DNA from: Hadesarchaea archaeon
Lineage (GTDB): Archaea > Hadarchaeota > Hadarchaeia > Hadarchaeales > Hadarchaeaceae
Reading direction: 5' to 3'
Assembly: GCA_029259175.1 (NCBI GenBank)
Contig: JAPDJH010000001.1
Location: 64,001 to 128,000 of the forward strand
DNA length: 64,000 nucleotides
Under the pieces are notes generated by a model that did no database searches, was not told where the DNA came from, and saw only the letters and a list, made by a program, of their open reading frames with translations. Both the position numbers and the translations under genes were made by a program. Positions 24,969 through 35,072 of this stretch are shown one piece after another (within the stretch, counting starts at the first letter, position 1; each line of letters starts with the position of its first letter).

Positions 24969-26519
24969 ATGAAGAAACCGAAGTTCATCGGAGATTATGT
25001 AAAGCTATCGGGAGAACTGCAGCACCTGCCAAGCCGGGTACGCATATTCGACACCACGCTCCGAGATGGCGAACAAACCCCTGGGGTCTCGCTGACAACC
25101 GAACAAAAGGTGATGATAGCCAGACAGCTAGACAAGCTGGGTGTGGACACTATCGAAGCAGGCATGCCCATAGTCTCGCCTGGAGAAAAACAAGCCGTGG
25201 AAAAAATCGCCAAAACGGGTTTAAATGCTGAGATATGTGCGCTTGCCCGCTGCGTAAAAGAAGACATTGATGCCGCTCTAGACTGTGACGTCGATGCGAT
25301 CCACGTTTTCATTGCCACGTCCGACATTCATCTGAAACACAAGCTGAAGCTCACCCGCGAGCAAGCGCTAGAACAGGCTGTACGTTTTGTTGAATATGCA
25401 AAGAAACATGGCGTCGTGGTTGAATTCTCAGCAGAGGATGCAACCCGTAGCGATGTGGAATATCTAAAAAAAGTATACCGAGCAACAGTAGAGGCTGGAG
25501 CTGATCGTGTCAACGTCCCCGATACCGTTGGTGTAATCACGCCCCGCGGAATGTACCACCTAGTGCGACAGATAAAAGAAGTCATCGACGTCCCGGTGAG
25601 TGTACACTGCCACAACGATCTCGGCCTAGCTGTTGCTAACTCGCTCGCCGGGGTGGAGGCCGGTGCCGAACAAGTTCATGTAACCGTAAATGGGCTGGGG
25701 GAGCGCGCTGGAAATGCCGCGCTGGAAGAGGTTGTGATGGGGCTCCGGATATTCTATGGACTCAAACCTAAAGTGCGCACAGAGTTGTTAGTAGAGACCT
25801 CCGACTTGGTAGAAAGACTGACCGGGGTGACCGTATCTCCCAACAAGGCAATAGTTGGTGACAATGCCTTTGCGCACGAATCCGGAATTCATGTCCACGG
25901 GGTCTTGGAATTTCCCGGAACGTACGAACCGCTCTCGCCCGAGCTTGTGGGGCACCACCGGCGGGTCGTGCTTGGAAAGCATGCCGGAGCCCGATCGGTG
26001 CGCAGCCAGCTGGAAGAAATGGGAATACGACCGACCAGCAAGCAACTGAAGCTCATAACTCAAAAAGTAAAAGAGCTCGGCGATAAGGGGAAAAAGGTCA
26101 CTGATGCGGATTTGCGAGCCATTGCCGAACACGTAATTGGGGCACTTCCGCCCGAGCAAAAAACAGTAGAGCTGAAGGAGATCACCGTCACGACGGGGAG
26201 CACCATTACTCCAACAGCCTCCGTTAGGCTTTCAATTAAAGGGGAAGAACGGGTTGGATCGGCTACAGGTGTTGGACCGGTCGATGCCGCGATTGGAGCC
26301 ATCCGAAATGTCATGAAAGAGATCTCCGGACTCCGGCTCAAGGAATACCACCTAGACGCGATCACCGGCGGGAGCGACGCGCTGGCGGAGGTGACGGTGA
26401 AGCTGGAGGACGAGCGAGGCAACCTCTACATCGCGAAGGGCGTGCGGGAGGACGTGGTGATCGCCAGCGTTGAGGCCATGATCAACGGGATTAACCGCTA
26501 TTTTGCAAGGCGGAAGTGA
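24969..26519 (+). CDS. leuA: 2-isopropylmalate synthase (LeuA/CimA family)
   Basis: [33 protein letters not shown], allosteric domain. Confidence 0.8.
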   Translation: MKKPKFIGDYVKLSGELQHLPSRVRIFDTTLRDGEQTPGVSLTTEQKVMIARQLDKLGVDTIEAGMPIVSPGEKQAVEKIAKTGLNAEICALARCVKEDIDAALDCDVDAIHVFIATSDIHLKHKLKLTREQALEQAVRFVEYAKKHGVVVEFSAEDATRSDVEYLKKVYRATVEAGADRVNVPDTVGVITPRGMYHLVRQIKEVIDVPVSVHCHNDLGLAVANSLAGVEAGAEQVHVTVNGLGERAGNAALEEVVMGLRIFYGLKPKVRTELLVETSDLVERLTGVTVSPNKAIVGDNAFAHESGIHVHGVLEFPGTYEPLSPELVGHHRRVVLGKHAGARSVRSQLEEMGIRPTSKQLKLITQKVKELGDKGKKVTDADLRAIAEHVIGALPPEQKTVELKEITVTTGSTITPTASVRLSIKGEERVGSATGVGPVDAAIGAIRNVMKEISGLRLKEYHLDAITGGSDALAEVTVKLEDERGNLYIAKGVREDVVIASVEAMINGINRYFARRK

Positions 26520-26581
26520 GTTTTTCACCGTTAGTAAACCCCCATCACGGATTGTACAGGAGTAAATGTTTAAACAACATA

Positions 26582-26614
26582 TATTCACTAACTGAATTAT
26601 TCAGTAGGTGAATA
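26582..26614. promoter_or_regulatory. Palindromic putative operator overlapping SD of ATPase remnant
   Basis: TATTCACTAACTGAAT-T-ATTCAGTAGGTGAATA, 14/16 arm match. Confidence 0.5.
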
Positions 26615-26615
26615 A

Positions 26616-26708
26616 ATGCGATTCATCAACCGAAAAGCTGAGCTCAGAACCAAGAGTTCAATTCATACACATTTGGTACTTACAAGTCCCAAATATCTAA
26701 ATTTTTAG
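26616..26708 (+). pseudogene. N-terminal remnant of archaeal ATPase
   Basis: AGGTGA SD, then MRFINRKAEL (typical F.NR..EL start), then unrelated sequence and a stop after 30 codons. Confidence 0.45.
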
Positions 26709-26760
26709 GAACATATGAAGACCAAATACCAAATTTTTGGGAATGCTCTTAGTTGAACAA

Positions 26761-27357
26761 TCACCACCTCCCCGACACGTAGGGGTACTCCTCTTCGAGC
26801 CACTGGAGAGGATCCCACTCTGAGGGCAGACCAATATACTCGAGCCAATTGTTGCCCGGAATATGCTCCATGCCCCATCTGAGCAACTCAGCATTCACGT
26901 TAATCCAGTGATTATCGTTTTCAATGTAAATCACCGCGATTAACCTACCGTAATGATCGCGATAGGGGCCTTGCTCTCCGCTTTGAGCATCGTTCAGATC
27001 CAAATACACGATGGTGTTCGGCGGCAATAAATTCTCCAAGAACTGCTTTGCCTCGAATGCGCCATTTTCTGGTGGATCTGTCCACGTTTCCGGAGCATCG
27101 ATGCCACCACCGAATCGCACATGCTCTATGCTGTTTTTAGAGATATGCGCCGCCGGGTCTACACCCGCAAGCACTTCGAGTATCTGCACGCTCACCGTAT
27201 CTCCGTCAATCACAGAGTCTATCTGAGCAACTACCTCGAAATGAATCTCCTCGTTTTCAATTTTGTGAACCAAAATTATGTTACTGAACAAAACATAACC
27301 TACGAGGGAAAGCAAGATAAACACGCAACTCAACACAAGTCCTCGCATGCGTGTCAC
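26761..27357 (-). CDS. Membrane-anchored thermonuclease (SNase) family protein
   Basis: VIDGDT, VRF.GIDAPE, DHYGRLIAVIY, VNAELLRWG; N-terminal TM helix. Confidence 0.9.
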   Translation of the reverse strand: MTRMRGLVLSCVFILLSLVGYVLFSNIILVHKIENEEIHFEVVAQIDSVIDGDTVSVQILEVLAGVDPAAHISKNSIEHVRFGGGIDAPETWTDPPENGAFEAKQFLENLLPPNTIVYLDLNDAQSGEQGPYRDHYGRLIAVIYIENDNHWINVNAELLRWGMEHIPGNNWLEYIGLPSEWDPLQWLEEEYPYVSGRW

Positions 27358-27409
27358 ACTCTAATTATAAGCACAACACTTAAACATCGAAGAAAGGCAT
27401 CTTAAACGG

Positions 27410-28525
27410 ATGAAGCATCTTCCGCTAGAAGAAGCCCACAAAGAAGCTGGTGCCCAATTCGTCGAGTTCGCAGGATGGTGGATGCCCATACAGTACTCTT
27501 CAATCAGTGAAGAACACATGGCTGTTCGGGAACATGCGGGGCTCTTCGACGTCAGCCACATGGGAGAATTTCTCATAACGGGACCTGGAGCACTAGAATT
27601 CTTGCAACACATAACGACTAACGATGTCTCTACGCTGAGTGAGGGTGGTGCACAATACTCCACCGTGCTCAACGATCGAGGGGGTGTGAAAGACGACGTG
27701 GTGATTTACCGCATGGGGAAAGCCAGATTCATGCTCGTGTGTAACGCTGTGAATGTAGAAAAACTGGAAAAATGGTTCATCGACCACTGCCCCAGCAATG
27801 TGGAGATCAAAAACATATCAGAATCAACAGTCCTGCTAGCGCTTCAAGGTCCAAAAGCCCAACAAATTTTGGAGTCACTCACCCCTGCTGATTTGCGGGC
27901 TATACGGCGCTTTAACGGTGCGTGGATCGAAGTGGCAGGGACACAGTGCTGGGTCAGCCGCACCGGGTACACCGGAGAAGACGGGTTCGAAATATTCTTT
28001 GTGGATATGAAGGATCTCGAGCCTGCGGTAAAGACTTGGAAAACCCTGCTCAGTGCTGGGGAGAAACTGGGACTCAAGCCCTGTGGCCTCGGTGCCCGCG
28101 ACACTACCCGGATCGAGGCAGGATTGTGTCTCTATGGAAACGAACTCACAGAAGACACCACGCCACTTGAAGCCCGTATTTCATTCGTGGTAAAGTTTGA
28201 GAAATCCGATTTCATCGGAAAAAACGCCTTGCTTCAACGGAAACAGCAAGGATTACGAAAAGTACGGGTTGGATTGCGCATGTTGGATCCGGGGATTCCG
28301 CGAAAAGGCATGAAAGTCTTAAGCCAAGGAGAACCGATCGGCACCATCACATCAGGGACATTTTCCCCGTTGCTCAAGCAAGGAATAGCGATGGGTTATG
28401 TGCCGCCCAACTTCGATTTTGGCCAACAAGTAGAAATAGAGATCCACGGGCGCCCGAGACGCGCAGAACTGGTAAAATGGCCTTTTTATGACAAGAAAAG
28501 ATACGGATGGACGAGGGAAGGATAG
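27410..28525 (+). CDS. gcvT: Glycine cleavage system aminomethyltransferase T
   Basis: FAGWWMPIQY, GLFDVSHMGE, SRTGYTGEDGFE, GLGARDTTRIEAG. Confidence 0.96.
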   Translation: MKHLPLEEAHKEAGAQFVEFAGWWMPIQYSSISEEHMAVREHAGLFDVSHMGEFLITGPGALEFLQHITTNDVSTLSEGGAQYSTVLNDRGGVKDDVVIYRMGKARFMLVCNAVNVEKLEKWFIDHCPSNVEIKNISESTVLLALQGPKAQQILESLTPADLRAIRRFNGAWIEVAGTQCWVSRTGYTGEDGFEIFFVDMKDLEPAVKTWKTLLSAGEKLGLKPCGLGARDTTRIEAGLCLYGNELTEDTTPLEARISFVVKFEKSDFIGKNALLQRKQQGLRKVRVGLRMLDPGIPRKGMKVLSQGEPIGTITSGTFSPLLKQGIAMGYVPPNFDFGQQVEIEIHGRPRRAELVKWPFYDKKRYGWTREG

Positions 28526-29611
28526 ATGGGAGGAGTTTTCAGAGATCTTGAAGACGGGGTAATAAAACGGGGTTTCTGTTTGGGCTGCGGTGCATGCGTT
28601 GCAGCGTGTCCAGTGCAGTGCCTTTCGCTTCAGGATGGAACACCCACTCTGCAGGGCAAGTGCATAAACTGTGGAGTATGCTACGAGGAGTGCCTCCACA
28701 CAGCCGGGTTCGATAGGGTGGGCAAGCAATGGAAAGTAGAAATGACAGATCCAGATCTGGGACCCTATCTCTCCATTCACATAGCAGAATCTCCAGAAAA
28801 GGCTGTCAAAGAGCGGGCGCAGGACGGCGGAGCGGTCACTGCCATGCTCAAGACCCTCCTGGAATACGAATATGTCGACGGAGCGATCGTCACGGGTGTG
28901 GGTGCCAAACCGCTACAGCCAGAGGGCAAAGTAGTCACCACGCCAGACGAAGTGGAAGAGTACGCGGGAAGCAAGTACTGCCGCGGCCCACTCTTTACAG
29001 CGGTCAGAGAGGCCGTGAAGCACTATGGGCGTTCGCGGCTCGCCTTGGTGGGACTGCCATGCCAGATAGCCACACTAAGACGAATCCAAACATCGAACCC
29101 GACCAACAGACAATTGGCAGAATCTGTAAAGTTAGCAATAGGGTTGTTCTGCGAGGGGGCTTTTCAATACCGCTTCTTTAGAGAAGTTGTTGAGGGACAA
29201 GCGCGCATACCCTTGGCCGAGGTCGAACGTGTCGAAGTCTCCGGGGACAAGGTTATAGTGTACCGGATGCAAAAGCCGCCTCGCGAAATCGCGCTCGCTA
29301 TCGCGAAAAAATACATAGATCTCGCATGTAGAGTATGCACGGACTTCTCGGCGGTGCTAGCAGACATCTCGGTCGGTGCCGCCGGATCACCCAAAGGAAA
29401 GTCCACGGTAATCATCCGAACGAATGCCGGTGCTGACGCGTTCAATTTTGTCGCTCGTATGAACGGGATCAAGACAAAACCGCTCGAGGTAGGTTCGGGA
29501 GGAATCGAAGAAATCCGAAAAGCCAGTCAGCGAAAGAAAGACGGGGCAAAACGCACTTTGGAGCGCCTACGTGCTTCAAAACAACCCGTTCCTCTCTGGG
29601 CCGAAAGCTAA
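28526..29611 (+). CDS. F420-binding FrhB/FdhB/FpoF-family protein with N-terminal ferredoxin domain
   Basis: CLGCGACVAACP and CINCGVCYEEC; AQDGGAVTA, GSKY, VGLPCQ, IGLFC, CRVCTDF..ADISVG. Confidence 0.88.
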   Translation: MGGVFRDLEDGVIKRGFCLGCGACVAACPVQCLSLQDGTPTLQGKCINCGVCYEECLHTAGFDRVGKQWKVEMTDPDLGPYLSIHIAESPEKAVKERAQDGGAVTAMLKTLLEYEYVDGAIVTGVGAKPLQPEGKVVTTPDEVEEYAGSKYCRGPLFTAVREAVKHYGRSRLALVGLPCQIATLRRIQTSNPTNRQLAESVKLAIGLFCEGAFQYRFFREVVEGQARIPLAEVERVEVSGDKVIVYRMQKPPREIALAIAKKYIDLACRVCTDFSAVLADISVGAAGSPKGKSTVIIRTNAGADAFNFVARMNGIKTKPLEVGSGGIEEIRKASQRKKDGAKRTLERLRASKQPVPLWAES

Positions 29612-30573
29612 GCCGACAAAAGGGATGCGCGCTCGAGCACGGCTTTGGGATCAGGGCCGATCGGCGAACCAATAACAGCTGTGGAGAACCCAAGCTTCCG
29701 GACTTCCTCTAAACGAGATTCCAAGTCGGAAAAAGAACCACAAACGGAAAAAGCTTCGATCATGCGGGGAGAAACCGCCTCCCTTGCTTTCTGTATCTCT
29801 CCGCTTCTGAGCCATTTGCGCACCGCTTCCACATCATCTGGTGAAATACCGTGATACTCTAACGAGTCATCCGGAGCTGAGGCGGCAATGAACGCCACTA
29901 TTCCTCGAACCATCCGGCGCGCACGATCCAGGTCGCTGCCAACGGAGACCGCAAGATAAGCCACGGTGTCGAATTCAGGAGATGAAGTACTGCCTCGGAT
30001 CTGGACACGAGCATCGTGAAGATCGTGGGGATGCGAAGCGTTTATTAGCACCCCATCTCCGATGCGCGCTGCCAACTGTAGTATCCGCGGCCGTCTTCCT
30101 CCGACATACACTGGAATGCGATCGGGGGGAGTGAAGCGCAGTTTAGCTTGGTGACATGTGAAAAGCGCGCCCTTAAAGTCGAAGGGCTCGCCCGACCACA
30201 ATCCGCGAGCGATCTCCACAGCCTCCCGAACGGCTGTGATAGGCTTGTGATGCCGAACCCCTAGCGTTAACAGGAAAAAGGGGTCGCCAGCCGAGATGCC
30301 AAGAGCAGCACGGCCTTTGGAAAGCTCCTGTAGGGTTGCTACCGCTGCTGCCGTCACAGCTGGGTGGACTAAATACGGATTGGTGACTCCCGGGCCCAGC
30401 TGGATTCGCGACGTGGCTAGTGCGATCTGACTGAGAGCTATGAAAACTGAGCGGTTATGGTAGTGATCGCACACCCACAACTGATGGTAGCCGAGTTCCT
30501 CCACCAGCTTCGCGATCTCAACCATTCGGTCAAGCGAGATGTACGGAACCAGTTCAACACCAAGCCGCATCAT
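29608..30573 (-). CDS. mer: 5,10-methylene-H4MPT reductase (F420-dependent LLM family)
   Basis: W.CDHYHNRSV, LGPGVTNPY..HPA, GDGVLINASHP, IGSPIGPD. Confidence 0.85.
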   Translation of the reverse strand: MMRLGVELVPYISLDRMVEIAKLVEELGYHQLWVCDHYHNRSVFIALSQIALATSRIQLGPGVTNPYLVHPAVTAAAVATLQELSKGRAALGISAGDPFFLLTLGVRHHKPITAVREAVEIARGLWSGEPFDFKGALFTCHQAKLRFTPPDRIPVYVGGRRPRILQLAARIGDGVLINASHPHDLHDARVQIRGSTSSPEFDTVAYLAVSVGSDLDRARRMVRGIVAFIAASAPDDSLEYHGISPDDVEAVRKWLRSGEIQKAREAVSPRMIEAFSVCGSFSDLESRLEEVRKLGFSTAVIGSPIGPDPKAVLERASLLSA

Positions 30574-30613
30574 CTCCTCTATAAACAGAGAGAGTAAAAG
30601 ACTGGTGGTAGAG

Positions 30614-31354
30614 ATGGAAATCATCCCGGTTCATATGGACAAAAAAATTAGACCCGGCGACGACTTGCCGAGCACTGTGGTGAACGCATTGCGCAACTCC
30701 GGGATAAAACTACGAGATGGAGATGTGATTGCTGTTGCTCAAAGTGTTGTCTCGAAAGCCGAGGGGAGAATAGTTAAACTAAGGGATGTGCGCCCAAGCA
30801 AAAAAGCAAAACGAATTGCTAAAAAAGTGGGAAAAGACCCCCGCGAGGTAGAGATCATCCTGAGAGAATCCGCAAGACTGGTTCGGGTGGCGCACGTTCT
30901 CATTGCACAGACCAAACACGGGTTCGTGTGTGGAAACGCTGGAGTGGATCGGTCCAACGCGCCTCCAGGATGTGTGACCCTGCTGCCCTCCGACCCGGAT
31001 TGGTGGGCAGAAAAAATCCGTGAAAGAATCCAACGCGACACGGGAGCAAGGGTGGCGGTTGTGATAACGGATTCCCAAGGACGACCATTCAGAATGGGAG
31101 CAGTCGGATATGCCATCGGAGTTGCCGGAATGAAACCTCTTATGGACTTGAAAGGCAAGAAAGATCTCTACGGGAGAAAGCTGAGATCCACCATCGTGTG
31201 TCCCGCAGATGCTCTAGCCGCCGCCGCTGTTTTGGTGATGGGTGAAGGAGGAGAAAAGATTCCTATAATAGTGATCAGAGGAGCGCCTTACAAGCGGGGA
31301 GAGGGAAAAATCAAGGAACTGCTGAGACCACGCGAACGAGACCTGTTTTTATAA
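30614..31354 (+). CDS. cofE: Coenzyme F420-0:L-glutamate ligase
   Basis: IRPGDDL, VVSKAEGR, NAGVDRSN, ITDSQGRPFRMG, DLYGR.L. Confidence 0.93.
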   Translation: MEIIPVHMDKKIRPGDDLPSTVVNALRNSGIKLRDGDVIAVAQSVVSKAEGRIVKLRDVRPSKKAKRIAKKVGKDPREVEIILRESARLVRVAHVLIAQTKHGFVCGNAGVDRSNAPPGCVTLLPSDPDWWAEKIRERIQRDTGARVAVVITDSQGRPFRMGAVGYAIGVAGMKPLMDLKGKKDLYGRKLRSTIVCPADALAAAAVLVMGEGGEKIPIIVIRGAPYKRGEGKIKELLRPRERDLFL

Positions 31355-31355
31355 T

Positions 31356-32420
31356 TTAGCCAATCACTTCCGCTAGGGCTTTGAGCATTTCTTCGATATC
31401 TTCCCACTGAATATAGCCCATGTTCCCAATGCGAAAAGTACGCTCCTTTACCTCTCCATAACCTTTTGCCAACTCGAATCCGCGCTCCCGCATTCGCTCG
31501 TAGATCTCGATCCCACTCATCCCCTCCGGAGCGTTGACACATGTGACGGTAGGGCTTTCGTATCCCTTGCGGGGAAAGAGTGTTAGGTCCAGCTCCTTGA
31601 TTCCCTCGCGTATCCGCTCGCTTCGCTTACGATAGAGTTCCAAGCGCGCCTCCTTCCCTCCCTCTTTCTCAATAATCTCCAGCTCTTTGCGCAGAGCTGC
31701 AATTTGTGGAATGGGTGGCGTCATGTGAGTGCTCCACTCTCGCTGTTGATAGCGCTCATAAAGTTTAAAGTCGAAATACCATCCCTTATTCGTAGCTTGC
31801 TCCGAAAGCCTCAAAGCCTCGTCGCTAACGCTCGCCACTGCCAAACCGGGCGGAATCCCAAAACATTTCTGAGAACTGGAAAAGCAAACGTCTATTCCCC
31901 ACTCATCCACTTTGATCTCTGCACCGCCCATAGCGCTCACGGCGTCCACAAAAAGCAGCTTACCGTGGGACTTCACGACCTCCGCTAGCTGTGGCAGAGG
32001 GTTTATCAGTCCCACGCTCGTCTCGTTGTAAGTAATGGCAACTGCTTCCACGTCCGGGTTTTCCCTCAAACACCGATCGAGTTCCTCGGGAGTAGTTGGC
32101 TCCCCCAACGGGGTGCGCAGCTCCACCACCTCACGACCGTTAGATCGCGCCACATCGGCATAGCGCTTCCCAAAGGCCCCGTTGATACAGCACAGCATCC
32201 GTTTCCGCACACAGTTGCGAATGGTCGCTTCCATAACGCCGGAGCCGGAGCTTGGAAATAAAAACACCTGATTTCGGGTTTCGAGAAAGCGCTGGAGGCG
32301 CTCAATTGTTTCCTGGTGCAACCGTTGATACTCTACACTGCGATGGCTAAACATCTGAATGGACATCTCCCTCAAAACCTCTGGTCTGCAGGCGACTGGA
32401 CCCACCGTAAACAGCTTCAT
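31356..32420 (-). CDS. Class V PLP aminotransferase (serine-pyruvate / alanine-glyoxylate type)
   Basis: NETSVG, VDAVSAMGG, SSQKCFGIPPG, FRIGNMG. Confidence 0.92.
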   Translation of the reverse strand: MKLFTVGPVACRPEVLREMSIQMFSHRSVEYQRLHQETIERLQRFLETRNQVFLFPSSGSGVMEATIRNCVRKRMLCCINGAFGKRYADVARSNGREVVELRTPLGEPTTPEELDRCLRENPDVEAVAITYNETSVGLINPLPQLAEVVKSHGKLLFVDAVSAMGGAEIKVDEWGIDVCFSSSQKCFGIPPGLAVASVSDEALRLSEQATNKGWYFDFKLYERYQQREWSTHMTPPIPQIAALRKELEIIEKEGGKEARLELYRKRSERIREGIKELDLTLFPRKGYESPTVTCVNAPEGMSGIEIYERMRERGFELAKGYGEVKERTFRIGNMGYIQWEDIEEMLKALAEVIG

Positions 32421-32473
32421 CTCAAAATCAAATGTCGTTGTGGTTTAAAAAAGAATAGGAAAAAGGGAGCACA

Positions 32474-32686
32474 TCACTCCCAGCCAGCATAGAGTTCCGA
32501 CATGTCGAAGTCGTAGCTCTGGTTCTCGAAGGTAAGCAGATCGTCCAAATCGCTCAGCCACTCTTCGGCCTCTGTTAGCTCCGGCGGAACTTCTTCCTCA
32601 GTTGTTGCGCGGTAACTCACCAGCACAACTGCTGCTATGAGCACGACCACTACTCCTATAGCCACCAACTGCCACGCGCGCGCCAT
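32474..32686 (-). CDS. Small single-TM protein with acidic tail
   Basis: LVAIGVVVVLIAAVVLV helix; 1 nt from upstream gene. Confidence 0.7.
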   Translation of the reverse strand: MARAWQLVAIGVVVVLIAAVVLVSYRATTEEEVPPELTEAEEWLSDLDDLLTFENQSYDFDMSELYAGWE

Positions 32687-32687
32687 T

Positions 32688-33899
32688 TCAGCTCACCCCT
32701 TGAACGGAGCCCGTCGCCAGCTCCACTGTCGCCCCTTCCTCGGTCCACGAACTAGAGTGATATTCGTTCTCTCCATAGGTCCAGTAAGTTCCGGTTCCAC
32801 TGAGAACCACGGTGCCCGTTCCGCTCGCTCGCAACCACATGTTTGTGCCGCTAAGAGATGCTCGAATATTGGAGCCGGTGACTCTAACCCATGTGAATCC
32901 AGTATACTGGATGTCACCGTTGTCCAAGTTCTCGGCCACCCCATCTGTTTTTACGTGCGCATTCGGCGAAACCGTTAGCTCCCCGTTCTCAATAGTCGTG
33001 ACTTTAAGCAGTCCGGTGCCTTCGACTTGAACCGTTCCCGAACCCTGCGCCACCACTGTTCCAGATCCAGCCAAGACGACGGTGCATCCCTGAGAGCGCA
33101 GTGAGACCACTATATCTTTCAAATCTTTGAAGGCCGAACACAGGTATTGGAGAGCATCTCGGAGGTGCTGTATCGCGGAAGCGTAAATCTGCCGGAAAGT
33201 TAAGTTGTCTGAAATCTGCGGAATTTTGGCCTCGGCATTGTCCAGTTTTTGCTCCGCCAACTCTATGTGTGAACTGAAATCATCTAGCCACGCTTCCAAG
33301 TCGCTGGTGTCCACACCGTTTTCTTTCAGTTGCTGAATCACCACTTCTACTCGTGACGCCAACGCTTGGGCCCGCTCAACGATCCCTCTGAACCCAGCCA
33401 CTATGAGCTCGGCAGTAATCTGCTTCAAGCGCACCCTGATGGAAAGCCAGTATTGATGCAAGTCCCGATTTGCCGACTTGAGCGCTCCTGTTCCTATGGT
33501 CGCCGAATCAATGTTCGCCCTATAGGTTTGAATCTGTGAGATATAGCCTTCAAGTTCCTGAACGATGTTGTCGCGCGCTTCCTCGCTTAGTCCACGGGTC
33601 GCGTTGGCTCGTGCCTCCAGCATTCGCATATGGGCAATGTAGAGATCCGCCGCTTTCAGGGCAGCTGTGCGGGCCTTTTCTGCCATCGTCTGAAAGTCCG
33701 CTTGTGAACGAGTGCCCATCCACGCAAGACGGGCATCAACGTAATCGGCGCGCGCCTTCAACCACTCAGAGTAGGCCTGGAGGAAGTTCTCCTTGGCTTC
33801 CGCATAGGTCTGTCTCGCTTCCACCCAGCCCTGAGCAGCTACTGGGAAAGCCGACACCAGCATTGCTGCAATCGTCAGCGCCGCCAACCACGATTTCAT
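32688..33899 (-). CDS. Secreted helical/coiled-coil protein with beta-rich C-terminus
   Basis: Signal peptide (..FPVAA/Q), Ala/Gln/Glu-rich helices, GSGTV repeats; GAGGTGG SD. Confidence 0.75.
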   Translation of the reverse strand: MKSWLAALTIAAMLVSAFPVAAQGWVEARQTYAEAKENFLQAYSEWLKARADYVDARLAWMGTRSQADFQTMAEKARTAALKAADLYIAHMRMLEARANATRGLSEEARDNIVQELEGYISQIQTYRANIDSATIGTGALKSANRDLHQYWLSIRVRLKQITAELIVAGFRGIVERAQALASRVEVVIQQLKENGVDTSDLEAWLDDFSSHIELAEQKLDNAEAKIPQISDNLTFRQIYASAIQHLRDALQYLCSAFKDLKDIVVSLRSQGCTVVLAGSGTVVAQGSGTVQVEGTGLLKVTTIENGELTVSPNAHVKTDGVAENLDNGDIQYTGFTWVRVTGSNIRASLSGTNMWLRASGTGTVVLSGTGTYWTYGENEYHSSSWTEEGATVELATGSVQGVS

Positions 33900-34043
33900 G
33901 TTGCACCACCTCTCCTGTTTTTTCGGGTAGAGCTCACCGCGCGGCCCCTGTCACCGCACGGATCATTGTGTTCTCAGATGAAGATGCTGGGAGATAGTTT
34001 TTAAGCAAATTTTCGGCTATGCGATGAAAAAGCAGCGATAACG

Positions 34044-34068
34044 CTTTACTAATCTTTACAAAACTTTA
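34044..34068. promoter_or_regulatory. Three CTTTA direct repeats at 10-bp period
   Basis: CTTTA starts at 34044, 34054 and 34064 in the divergent intergenic region. Confidence 0.45.
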
Positions 34069-34108
34069 TACACCCACCAATTGGTTTATAATTGTCCGAG
34101 GTGGCTGC

Positions 34109-34810
34109 ATGTGGCGAAAAACGGCCTTTATCGTTCTCCTATTCTTGGGCGGGATGGTGATTCTCGGAGCGGGAGAGGAAAACGCCGCAACTATCCAGGG
34201 AACTGCCTATTACTGGTTTGATCTGGAACCTCTGCCAAAAACCGTGGTAGAGATCGACACCACCCCGTCCCAGACCATGGTGGCGACCGACGGGACCTAC
34301 GAGTTTGAGGTACCGCTGGGGTCTTACACTATCAAAGCCATGTATTACTCCGGAAACGTGCTCCTCTACTACGCCGAAGAAAACGTGGATGTTTTAGAGC
34401 CTGGGACTTACCAGCTAGATCTGATTCTCTTCCCGCTGCCGGAAGAAAATTCGATTGAGGATAACGAAATAGTGCCTCAAATCGAAACACCAGCGGAGGG
34501 TTTGGGAGCGGGTATTGCAATCCTGATCGGTGTTTTTTCTCTCGCGGCAGTGCTCGCATATTATGGGGTGAGGCGCAGACCTCCAAAACTCACAGAACCG
34601 GTTCGGGTTGTTGGACTCCCTGCAGATTTATCGGCTGTGATTTCTATACTTCGACAGCACGGTGGACGAATGGAGCAGCGGGAATTGCGCAGGTTGTTAA
34701 AGTGTTCCGAAGCCAAGCTCAGCCTCATGTTGGCAGATCTAGAGTCTCGAGGGCTTGTAAGAAAAATCAAACGAGGAAGAGGGAATATAGTGGTGCTAAC
34801 GGAACTCTGA
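34109..34810 (+). CDS. Membrane-anchored wHTH regulator (COG2512-like)
   Basis: Signal peptide, extracellular beta-sandwich, TM helix, GGRMEQRELR..SEAKLSLMLADLESRGLVRKIKRGRGN wHTH. Confidence 0.8.
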   Translation: MWRKTAFIVLLFLGGMVILGAGEENAATIQGTAYYWFDLEPLPKTVVEIDTTPSQTMVATDGTYEFEVPLGSYTIKAMYYSGNVLLYYAEENVDVLEPGTYQLDLILFPLPEENSIEDNEIVPQIETPAEGLGAGIAILIGVFSLAAVLAYYGVRRRPPKLTEPVRVVGLPADLSAVISILRQHGGRMEQRELRRLLKCSEAKLSLMLADLESRGLVRKIKRGRGNIVVLTEL

Positions 34811-34907
34811 TTTATTTGGTTCGCCACGCCTGACAAACTGACTACTCACGACAAGATCTCCAAAGCCTTTAAATAGGCCTCCACATTTGTTAGAAAAAGG
34901 GACTTCA

Positions 34908-35072
34908 ATGCAACGCTATCGGTGTACCAATTGCGGCTATACTTACGATCCAGCTCGGGGCGAACCCAGCTCGGCGATTCCACCTGAGACACCATTCGAG
35001 GAGCTTCCAGATGCCTGGGTTTGCCCCAACTGTGGAACTGAAAAGGAATTTTTCGAAGAGCTCCCAGAGTGA
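34908..35072 (+). CDS. Rubredoxin
   Basis: [12 protein letters not shown]...[14 protein letters not shown]. Confidence 0.95.
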   Translation: MQRYRCTNCGYTYDPARGEPSSAIPPETPFEELPDAWVCPNCGTEKEFFEELPE

